Below are positions 22,691-33,594 of a DNA stretch of 33,594 nt, one piece after another. Origin of the DNA: Parasitella parasitica NRRL 2501. Lineage: Eukaryota > Fungi > Mucoromycota. The stretch lies in NCBI GenBank assembly GCA_025201805.1, contig MU619422.1, forward strand, positions 1 to 33,594, in the 5' to 3' direction. How positions within the stretch are numbered: position 1 is the first letter of the stretch; every line of letters starts with the position of its first letter. The notes beneath the pieces were generated by a model. That model searched no databases. It was given only the letters and a program-made list of their open reading frames with translations, and was not told the DNA's origin. The position numbers and the translations under genes are program-made.

Positions 22691-23511
22691 GTTTGCTTAT
22701 GTATACTTTTTAGCTGATGGAAAAAAGAGCTTCGTTTTAGCCCTAAAATCTTTTTTTAGCCCAAAAATCTAAATTTTTAACGCACACACATTCGGAAAAA
22801 AAGCCACTAAACCTGCTTTGATTTGCAGGTTTCGATTCTCTGTGTAGGTGTTGTGGTTTCTCCGTCAAAGCATGATTCTCTCTATACATGAGCAATTGAA
22901 GAAATTGTGCTTGATTATCTCCAATATCTAGCATTCAGGAAGATATTACGATAGACGCAAAATTGGCATTATGAGCAATGTATATCTTGACATGGTGTGT
23001 AATATATTACTTATCCATTGGTTGCTACGACACTCTAATTACAAATAATAAAAATCTCATTTTCAAGTCTTCTGGTCGCCACTTGCCAGGCAAATCATCT
23101 AGATTTATAGTTGCCGTGAATTTACGTGGTTGGCAATAGCGCCCACGGATAGATTTCCAATCTTCAAGTATATCGTCTTTGTCGAATGTAGGACTAATTT
23201 CTTTATACAGAGCGCGCATACACCACATTAAGAAACGAATATCTCATGAGGTGGATCTATTCATCAGCGATGTCTCTGCTGCATTACTTTTTGTATACAG
23301 ATGTTAGTCCAAAAAATACAATGTTGCTTCGTCGTATATGTCTTTCAAAGTCGTTTACCCTCTAATAGGTAAATGCTAATGTGATGCTTGAGGGCAAACC
23401 AAATTCATCGTCCTACCACAACAAAGCGTCAGAAACTGGATTATACATAAAAAATATTTATTTAACAATGATTTTGAAAATGCTACATGCAGTTATTTTT
23501 AATGAGACGAT

Positions 23512-24961
23512 TTAGTTCTTGTTAGAGAGAGCAGTGACACCAGGGAGTTCCTTACCCTCGAGAAGTTCGAGAGAGGCACCGCCACCAGTAGAGATGTGAG
23601 AAACCTTGTCTCCAGCGTCCCACTTGAGAGCAGCAGTAGCGGTATCACCACCACCGATAATAGTGGTAGCACCCTGCTTGGTAACTTCTTCAACAGCGCT
23701 GAGGATTTGCTTGGTACCGTTAGCGAAAGCATCAAATTCAAAGACGCCGGCAGGACCGTTCCAGACGATGGTCTTGGATTTGAGGACTTCTTCACGGAAG
23801 AGCTTAGAGGACTCCTCGCCACAGTCAAGACCCATCCAGTCGTCAGGAATACCAGTGGCATCGGTAGCCTTGCCAGTCTTGGCATCAGGGGCGAACTTAT
23901 CGGCAGTAACGAAATCGACAGGAAGGACAATCTTGACGTTCTTTTCTTGAGCCTTTTTCATGAGGTTGTCCACCAGCTTGGCACCAGCTTCATCGTACAG
24001 AGAAGTACCAATCTATAAATGGAATTGTTTTAGCCAACAAAGTAAAAGTTTCGGGATTAGACATTCCAATATCGACCACGCGTTTTTTTTTTTTCAAATT
24101 AAAAAAAGAAAAACTGAAACCCATGAATGATTGAAACATGAGAAAAAAGGTTTACCTTAACGTTGTCAATAGTCTTCTTGAAAGTGAAAGCCATGCCACC
24201 ACAGATGATCAAAGAGTTGACCTTGTCGAGCATGTTTTCAATCAATTGGATCTTATCAGAAACCTTGGCACCACCGAGGATGGCAAGGAAAGGACGCTGG
24301 GGGTTCTCGAGAGCTTTGGCAAAGTATTCAAGTTCCTTTTGCATGAGGAAACCGGCAGCACGTTGGGGAAGCTCAACGCCGACCATGGAAGAGTGGCCAC
24401 GGTGAGCGGTACCGAAAGCATCATTCACATAGACATCGGCAAGAGAAGTCAACGACTTGCGGAACTCCTCGACCTTCTTGGGATCGGCCTTGACCTTCTT
24501 ACCTTCTTTGTCCTTAGAGGAACCCTCTTCCTCAATGTGGAAACGAAGATTCTCCAAAAGAATGATCTTGCCACCAGTAGCGGCTTGGCAGGTCTTCTCG
24601 ACGTCAGGACCAACACAATCAGTGAGGAATTCAACAGGCTTGCTCAAAAGCTTTTCAACTTCCTTAGCAACAGGCTTGAGAGAGTATTTGGCGACAGCTT
24701 CACCATTGGGACGGCCCAAATGAGACATGAGGATAACAGCAGCAGCGCCTTGATCAAGAGCGTACTTTACGGTGGGGAGTGCTTGGACAATACGGTTGTT
24801 GTTGGTGATTTCGCCATCTTTTAAAGGGACGTTAAAGTCAACACTATTGTAACACATGAGTCAAAGCGACAGTGGAGCATGTTTGCATATATTTACCGGA
24901 TGAGGACACGCTTGTTCTTGAGATCAAGATCACGAATGGAAAGTTTGTTGGACAAGGACAT
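23512..24961 (-). CDS. PGK1: Phosphoglycerate kinase, 3 exons
   Basis: MSLSNKLSI...RVLIR|[55 protein letters not shown] and [16 protein letters not shown]. Strong codon bias is consistent with high expression. Confidence 0.98.
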
Positions 24962-26050
24962 GATTAGTTGGCTGTAAGGTTTGGTAATGAAGAAGAAGAA
25001 GAGACGGAATGGTGCTTGTCTCAAGATTCATGCTTATATACCTTTTCGGCCATGACTCGTAAAATTTTCCATGCTTCCACAAGCGAAATCTGATCTCCTC
25101 TAGTAATCTACTTTCATCCATTGGACGATCGCTCAGATGGACTCGGATTCACACGTTCTTCTCAAACATGTTTGCCTCATAGCATTTGATTAAGGCCAAT
25201 AACTCAAGCATTCTGCTAATCTCCCAAGGGCAATTTTTTAAGGTCTGGAAAGAGGATAGAAATTTGTTATTCTTAGGGTATTGAAATTTTTGAGGTAACT
25301 GCCGTTTCAAGGTTGGACAAAGGCCTTTTCTCTTGGTCTTTGGGTGCATCTTGAGTAATCTTGTTGTAATCAGCTTTCTGAACTTGAATCCACAATCTTA
25401 CCATATATGCTTGACCCACCCTATACATGATAACTGAGATATCCTCAATATCGGATAGCAAATTTATCGAACGACCTTTTCGGATAGCTAGTATCGCAGT
25501 GTAGCTCGAACGCCTACATCTATATGTGGTTTATATGACATAACTTATCCGAAAAAAAAACATAAAGGTACACAACAATTGATTACAACACAAACAAACC
25601 GCTGTGCAAAAGCTACGGTATCAGAATTCGAGTCTAAAAACGGAGTTCTAGCACTATAAATACACATAAACAAGCATTGTTGGCTTTGTGCATGAATTCG
25701 TAAATGTTGGTTAGTTGGTATGGTCCCCTATATGTTTACATCTCACCAACAAACTCTATTGAATACACCACATGCAGACCATTTTAAATAAACAAAATGC
25801 TAGAATGAACTTTAGGGCAAAGATCTAGTTGAGATTTCTGCTGCATTTCAATGTAGATGTGTTATCAGTCGAATGATTCATGTAACCGGCGAAACTCCCC
25901 TCAAAGTCAATCAAAGTCATTCAGCAGCAATTACAGTCGAGCAATGCCTGCTCTTTCATTTGGCATGTACAATCGAGAGCACAAGTGATTTAAACGCGGA
26001 TATCAAGCAAAAAGGCGAATGCGTTTATTTGTAGTACCAAAAAAAAAGGA

Positions 26051-28345
26051 CTATTTTTCTCTTTCAACAGAGGCAATCGAATTAGCAGCAGATGAGAAAT
26101 GATCAGAGCCTTCATCAGAATCAGACAAAGCAGAGACAGTGTCTTGAGATAGTGTTTGGATTTGAGTCAAGCAGTTATGGCATTTAAAAAGAATCGCGTT
26201 TTCCAAACTGTACTTGTTCTTGGCATGTGGACCAGCGCCAATGTTGAATTGGCCCTTTTCGCTCGTTTTGATAATGGATTGAACGGCTTCTCTAGCCTTT
26301 TTATACTTTTGGTCGTAGATCATCATACGGGCTTCTTCGTAGCGAGTAAAATAGTAGATATAATGGTCAAGTTGTACCTTGTTGGCGTTGTCAATGACGC
26401 ATTGAATGGATTCAGTGTGAAGCTTCTTCCACTCAGCTTTTTTTGATACATCAGCATCCTTGACTTGATCCAGCAAAAGTCGTAGAACTATAGCACGTAG
26501 ATAATGGCTGAGGCAAAGGTCATCATAGTAGTTGAGCACCTCTTCGTGCGTGGCTTCGTGCGTGAGGCGATAGATCTCAGTGCTCGTACGCTCCAGATTA
26601 CTATACAGCAAATCGATCGACATGAATTCAAACGCACTAAAAGCATTGAGAGCTTCCAAATCAGGGAACAACAATCGGTTGCCCTGTGCAATAAATTTGC
26701 GTGCCTTTCGTGAAACAAACTTCTCGAGTGGGATCGATTTGCCTGCAATTTTTTGCTTGGCGCCTGTAACTTTTTGCATCATTTCCCCCGCTTCTTTGGC
26801 TAATTTCTCTTGTTCTTTGCGCGACTTTTCGGACGAAATAGAGAGCGTGTAAAGAGAGATTGCTTGCAGGTAGTAATAAACAGACTTGGACCAATTGCTT
26901 TCTTGCTGTAGGGTTGCGTAGCAATTTAGCGCCTCTTGCCAGTTTTGCTGCAAAAGACTGATCAGGCCCAATTCCCAAAAGCACATGTGCTGTAATTGTT
27001 TCCAGTTTTTCTGCGTATCAATTGCTTTTTGATATTGTGATTTAGCTTCATTCAATTGACCACGCGCACTCAATTGACGGCCTGAAAAGAACAAAAAAAA
27101 CACGCCATCAGGATACAGCCCCAAGCTATAAGCAAGGATTCTGCTTGCTAGCTCTTCGTTTACATCAGAGAGTGGGATCAATTTGGACAAGATAATGTGA
27201 TACATCATCAATGCCATGTCACAAAATTGTCTTCTTAAACCTTCAGTTGGCTCTTGAGGAGGAGGTAGTTCAGATGGAGGAAGGCCAGCATACTCCTCCC
27301 ATCCGCCAGCAGACTCTAGCATCTCCATGCCGTAAGCGCGATCGTTAGTGAAGCCAATGAACTCGACCACTTTCATCACAGAATTGGGTAGCAGCGAAAT
27401 CATAATGTTAAATAAGCCAACCCCGAGTGATACACCCGAAGTAAAATGATCATCGAGGTCACATGATGACACATCTTTCCCTAACAACGCCTGTTCTTGT
27501 ACGTGGATGAGGTATTTTTTGAGTGTTTTGTAGGTATTGTAACTAGCCCTCACATGGAGGCCTTCGCGCAAGAAAGAAACAAAGCTTTCGTCGTGGATTA
27601 TACATAATAGAGCCTTCAGCAAGTAAGATTCTGCGTACACCAGCTCCTATACATTTTCACACAAAAGGTGTTGAAAGCGCAAATAGTTCGAATATTAGCA
27701 TAGCGTAGCTTATGTCGCCTTTATAGCTATACTTACAGCATGTCGATGCAACCTAGACATGGACGAAATATCGTGAACGGATATGCCTTTTACCCAAGAA
27801 GTTATGTTGCCTAGCCATCCCGTCTCCTTTTTACGCAGTGCATCCGCTAATTGGATGGTCTTCTTGAGTGCTTCGATGGCTCCTTCAATGTCGGTGTGTT
27901 GGAATGTCATCATGCTTTTGAGAAAAAGAATGAATGAATGGCCCAGGGAATGATACAGCGTTGAATAGCGTTTTGGCTCTAAAATTTTCTCTGCTTCTGG
28001 GATCCGAGAATTCAGAAAGAGATCCATTGCTTGCCGTACTTCAGCGATATCCGACAGCAGGTTATCTTGAGCTGTATCCCAGACTTCATTCGATATATTC
28101 ATTGTAGGCAAAGGGGTGTGGTCGAGCTCTTCTCCTTTTTCCTCTGGTTCGTTGCTTGCTTTGTGCTTTTCAGCAGACGATGCTTTGCTGCTTTTGCTAG
28201 GCATCATGGCAGACATGGACTGTCCCATACGCCCAATGGTTCGAAAGGACATGCTTACATTGCTGCTTGATTTGGCTTGTGTTGCTCCTCCATCCGGTCT
28301 CTTTTTTTTGTTATTCGTCGAGATTGAGGCTTTCAAGAGTGGCAT
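26051..28345 (-). CDS. IML2/TTC39-family TPR protein, 2 exons
   Basis: AMDLFLNSRIPEAE, HAEL(V)YAESYLLKALL, FTSGVSLGVGLFNIMISLLP, YPDGVFFLFF, WSKSVYYY and KIAGKSIPLEKFVSRKARKF are characteristic of Iml2/TTC39. One intron at about 27647-27736. Confidence 0.88.
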
Positions 28346-28946
28346 AAGAAGGATAGTAAGAAAATAAAGGAAAAGAAAGAAGAAAAGTAAAACTCAAAAG
28401 GGGGACAAGTTAATACCTGAATTTAATAACATGTGTGCAACAACACATCCGTTTTTAATCCACTCGCCTTTAGTCATGAATTACAAAAGACGTGCCGTTT
28501 GACAACGCTCATCAGGGCCAACTCGGGGTGATGATGTGTGAACCGGTTTAGCAAATAATGGCTCTGTTAAAACAGGATGCCAAGCAGTTTATACTGTAAA
28601 CAGCAAAACTGTAAGGTAGCGCCACACTCGCAAAACAAAAAAGCCGGAAATATCTGCTGCTTGCAGACTTTTGTTTTGTTTAGTTTTTATTGTTCTGTTC
28701 TCTTTTCGGTAACTTGTTTTCTTTCTTTTTTTAAACCATCATTATACAACTGGAATAAAAAAGCCTTCGAGACATTGGATACTCCATTCTAATCTTCTTT
28801 AATCACTCGCAACAACTTTTTTTGTTTTTTCTTTTCCTGAAGCAAACAGGTCGTTATCAAACAACCGAAAAAAAGACTCTCAGGTATGTCTTGGCTTTCT
28901 CGGTAAAATAACAAGATGTTTATTTTCTTAATATTTCTTGACAGAT

Positions 28947-30319
28947 ATGAATTCATTCAACCGATCCTCTGTAAATATGCCCTCAGCACAAGCAACTTTG
29001 TTGGCTACTTCCAGCTATCCTTTGCAAACATCCCCGCCTTCATCTAATACAAGCCATATACCAAGGCCCAGACCAGCGTCCCATCTAGACGACAAACGAA
29101 TGAAATCAAAATCTTCTTCAGAGGATAATAATGGTTGGAAAACATCATCATCGTCGAATATTAAAAAAGATATGGAAATTTGGAAGATGTCTGGAAGGCC
29201 TCGTCATGCTCAGCTTCAACGTGTGGAGGATCCAATGTTTAGAAGACAATCTGCAACCCCGACTATGATGAGTAGTAATAATTCTCCTTGGCAACCAAGG
29301 CCGTTGCCAAGAGAGCCATCGCCTCCTATAGCCACTGAGCCATTCAATCCATTATATTCTGCAGATAATCCACCATTCCATTTCAACACGCCTCTACAGG
29401 CACCTGCTCTTATCAACCATAACACTACAATGGTACCAGAGTACCATTCTTATCCTCCATCGACAGCATCCTATCCTATCAATGATGCAATGTATCAAAC
29501 TAGCAACGTTGAGTATCCTCCTGCCATGATAAATGCTGTAGCAGCTCCATACCCGCCAGCTGCAATAGATAGTAGCTACCAGCTTCCATTGTCTAATTTA
29601 GATTACCACAATTACCATCATCATCACCAACAACAGCAACCACTTGGATATACACCATACAATAACATGCCTCCTCTTCCTCTACAACAACAGCAATACA
29701 GCGAGCAAACCATGTACCCTCCTTCCACATCATTGATTTCTCAAGCTCCATTACCAGCATCTCTTACCCCGATTGAATTAACAGATGTACCACCACCGCC
29801 ACCGGTCAGCAAAGAGAATGCGCAAACAGCAGATGATAAATCGAAAAAAAAGAAGGAAAAGTCTGAAAGTAGGTATCAACCATTATGATTTTGTAGCGCT
29901 CATTTTCACAGAGATATTGTGTTTAAAACAGAAAAAGTTCGACAAATTACAGTTCAATCGATCAACTCAGAACATCGTGTTTGGATTGATGTGCTTCCTG
30001 CCGAGACTGGATTATCTTTAGCAGAAAAGATCCATATTATTGCTACATTCAGAACTCGAAAAATTGTTTCAATCACAACTACTTCAGGTAGAAAGGTTCC
30101 TCTGGACAATCGGCCCGTGTTTGGTAGCTGGATGGACATGGAGAATTTCGAGGATGGTGAAAGATGGGCTGTAGAATGGCGAGAAAATGATAGAGGCGTT
30201 GTTGACAGATTCTTTGCCAAAGTGGTTCAGGTAGATTTGTTTTGTTCTGCTCAAACTACTTTAACTCAACTAAAATTTTTTAGGGTAAGAGAAAAGATGC
30301 AGCAAAAGAGAAAGATTAA
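28947..30319 (+). CDS. Uncharacterised protein: long Pro/Ser/Gln-rich disordered region plus compact C-terminal domain of about 95 aa
   Basis: The long ORF 28938-29888 splices (intron about 29869-29931) into KKVRQITVQSINSEHRVWIDV...ERWAVEW. A further intron 30231-30283 leads to GKRKDAAKEKD*. A probable 5'UTR intron lies at 28884-28944. Confidence 0.78.
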
Positions 30320-30845
30320 TTCCATGCAAGCGATAACAGTGGACGTACTCATATATTGCACACCAATGATGATAACCAACAACAATAAAACATACATATT
30401 AAATTATTTCCAGAATCAAAATAATATGATTTGCCATCTTAATAATTCAAGAAAAGAGAAATGAGTAAAAAATGAACTGCTTTTTTATAATAATAGATTA
30501 TCGCCATTTATTATACAATACGCCTATATATATGTTACCAGATTATTGAGTAGTACCTTTGGCAACGTTCCTCACTCTTAAAATGATTCAGTGTTAGCTT
30601 AAAGACACAGAGGGGAAAAAATGAAAAGTTCACTGTCTAATCATGTAGAGTGTCAGTATATTGTATGAACGATCCAGGTACCCTTTAACATACTAGCGAT
30701 ACAATATGAAACGTCCTTGGTACAGGTAATTTTTCGCCCACAAACCACATGTGAAGATACGAAACAAAATTTTAAATTATTGAGAAACAGGAATTAATGA
30801 TTGAAGACATTGAGCGTTAGTGATAGTGCTAAAAGCCCTCCTTTT

Positions 30846-32887
30846 TCAAATATACGTACATGGATTAATCGTCGCGAGTTTTTGATGCTCGAAATAATGG
30901 AATATTTTGGGATGTTCATTGAGAATCCCTATCATTGCCAAAACCTGAATGTTGCGTGCAATATTCACATTGCGTTGCCATACACGTCCACAGTTTTCTT
31001 TTATAAACTAGGACGAAACGCAAGGTAGATGCTTTGCTGCTCCCAAGTTTCAAGGTTCCAAGTTCTTTTGTCCGGCAACCGCTTTATGCTTGTATAACGT
31101 CCATTGATTTCAATTAGCAGATTTTTGGCTTCATGCACCATATCTTCTGGAGTCGGCAGAAATTCAAGCTTCCTTCGTCTAGTTCTCCAATAATGTTGAC
31201 AAAGAGATTGTACCGCAAACATGCAAGAAGTGAAACTTATCTTTTAGTTGCTGACTATTTAATTAATGTCTCTTTATACGGTGGTGTTCTTCTTCTTTGC
31301 TTCCTGTTGAGCAAACTATCCGGATTGGTACAAGCATCTGCAACATATCTACTGGATTGATGATTGACTTCAGGAGCGTATTTCTTTCCACCAGTTAAGA
31401 AATATTTACGAGCTCAACATGTAGCTTTTGATGGCCGATGTAGTCAAGGTTTTTTGACCGTTCAGTGTCAAGAACATAAAATGAGAGAATTCTGTTCAAT
31501 CAGCCAAGTTACATTCACAATATATTGATTGATCTTATCAATCCTGATTGTTTTTGTGGCGATAATGATTTATCAGAATGAGAAAACATTTAAATAAAAC
31601 GGTTGTGAATTAATCAGGTAAAGATCTTGTTTATTACATGGAAAAAATGATGGCTTACATACTAGTGAATCTAAATGGACTGATGGGGGATAAGATACAA
31701 GTGTGAGACATGGTGTGGTTTAGATAATGGAACGATAGATTATATCTATTGTCCATGAACATGTCATGTTGAATTATAAATAAGGAACATATCACATTTA
31801 TTTATAATTCGAGAACATCAATTTTCTGATTCTTTTTTGATAACATATCCATTCATTGGTATAATCCGAATTACATTATTTAGTAATTGAGCTGAATAAC
31901 AGTAGTTTGATGAGCACATCGCTGCTGATGAACTCTTCGTTCTAGTCCTATTAATGAATATACTTTATTATATTTCTCTAAAGTTCTATTGACTAAATCT
32001 TCAATAGATTGTTGAAAATTTTTCCTTAATGGAGTCGCTGGTTTTGGCCATTCCGTTATAGGTAGTTGACTGATAAATATGGTGAGCAAACAATCTTACC
32101 TAAGATAATGATAGCTCCTTTAAATATAAAGAAAAAATTAATCCCTTTGAATTGATTTTAATATATTTACACAAACTTATTGTAGCACATCGAAGAAGAC
32201 AGCATTGCATATAAAGTATATAAAAGGCGTCGAAATTTTTAACAACATGGTTTACCATGCTTGTAGCACAACTACCAGCAGTTGATGAAAGTATACCAGT
32301 GAGCCCATGTGGTTGCCAGTTGGTAATCTGATCTTTTCATATCTTGCGGTAGAATTTGTTTAGCATTTTCTTCTTCGTGTCTCCTTTCTTCTTCCTCTTG
32401 TAACCTTCTTTATTTTATAATTTTGTTTTTTGTTTTAATGAATCTTTTAATAGTTCGAAACACAGTGGCAATACTATGTAGAGTTATATATGAAATATAC
32501 TAAAGAAAATAATTTATATAAAGAAAAGAATAGAAAAAAGATACAATTCAAGAATATTTGCTTTTAAACATACGTTATTTGACGTTAACACTGTCTTTGA
32601 TTAATTGAATAATTGAATAAAATGTTAAATTTGTAGTGAAAGAGTATTTAAAATTGACATTAAACAAGTGGTTTGTTGTTTAAGCGACCTGTGCAATGCA
32701 ATTCAAGCTTGTATATGGATATTATATTTAATTTTAGTGAAAACAAATCGAAATTTTAACACATTTTGTTTGATCCGTTTATAGTTCATTCGTTTTTAAA
32801 TAGGGTTATTTGTTTGTGCATAGACTAAATCTGATTGACTTGATTTAGAGTGTGTTTCCTGTACACAAGTAATGGTTTGAATACCAT
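30846..32887 (-). pseudogene. Degenerate Fanzor1 (eukaryotic TnpB-like RuvC nuclease) gene, transposon-derived relic
   Basis: Frame-stitched minus-strand fragments occur in the expected order: ILSSTAGSCATSMVNHVVKNF (about 32232-32295), HHIYQ..EWPK, RILSFY...YIGHQKLHVELVNI/LTGGKKY (31378-31495), LLIEINGRYTS (31088-31120, RuvC-II-like), VLVY../NCGRVWQRNVNIARNI...HPKIF (30948-30995, Zn-ribbon plus RuvC-III-like). The 3' half is well supported; the 5' boundary is tentative. Confidence 0.8.
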
Positions 32888-33594
32888 AAAAATGTAGGTA
32901 ACTTCTTCATCGCAATGTGTTTTCACGCCAAATCCGAAATCAAGTTTTATATTATGCTTACTTTTCTCATGGTTATATTATGTTCTGTATACTCGTTAAC
33001 TTTCGGTAATCACATTATTTGCTTGATAGTATGTATTTTTGCATTCAAATGATTTTATCAAGTCTTTCCAGATGCCTGGTAAGTTTCATCTCATAATTCT
33101 CGTATTACGATGGGCACATTATATCACATGTATAAATGCAAATATTCACTTATTCTCCATAAATTGAATGTTTCTTTCATTTTCTGGAAAAAGACAGCAA
33201 AAACTAAAAAATAAAATAGGATTTTCAGGAATACGAGCCTAAAAGCCAACGCTATTATTAATAGGGTAGAGGTTGAAAAGTGGGAATCTAGAGAAAAAAT
33301 CTTTAGATAGTAGGATGATGTCTATATTGGCAACCTTCTCTCAAAAAGGTAAAAGCTCTGATAAAGCATTTAATCATTTGAGTTCAAAGAAAATACTGTT
33401 GTGCCATGTATTGAAAATGAGCACGGCAGCAATTGTTTATGATAAAAGGTATTTAAGAAAGTGATAAGAACATAATTTACCAGATACAAAACTATTGAAT
33501 TTATTGATTGATGAGACAAAAAATCTGCCTATTTATATTACAATACATGAGTCAATTTATGAATACAGTCAGATCATGCTTGACATTCAATTGT

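Noticed and set aside
23499-24824. Long antisense and alternate-frame ORFs over PGK1 (e.g. 24138-24824 plus)
   Set aside because: These are the expected shadow of strong codon bias in a highly expressed gene, and they have no motifs.
25149-25461. Short minus-strand ORFs upstream of PGK1
   Set aside because: No recognisable homology; likely promoter-region noise.
1-33594. tRNA, rRNA, CRISPR arrays
   Set aside because: I saw no cloverleaf, rRNA-like sequence or regularly spaced repeat-spacer array.

Overview
AT-rich eukaryotic genomic DNA with many short spliceosomal introns; gene content and transposon relics point to an early-diverging fungus, most likely Mucorales (inference). I assembled 14 protein-coding genes by hand from exons: Rho3-like GTPase, a p1-like (MTA1c DNA 6mA methyltransferase complex) subunit head-to-head with FANCL, alpha-arrestin, membrane-anchored CPYS glutaredoxin, pyridoxal kinase, a stand-alone NRPS-like A-T-R reductase, a 9-exon macrodomain protein missed by the ORF track, ILV6, lanosterol synthase ERG7, DRG1/RBG1, PGK1, IML2/TTC39 and a Pro-rich protein with an unrecognised C-terminal domain. 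Both ends of the window hold decayed mobile DNA: a Tc1/mariner-IS630 DDE transposase fragment (about 925-1260) and, most interesting, a frameshifted Fanzor (eukaryotic TnpB-like RNA-guided nuclease) pseudogene on the minus strand (about 30846-32887), visible only by stitching frames. All family calls come from motif recognition, not database searches, and exon boundaries are manual predictions.
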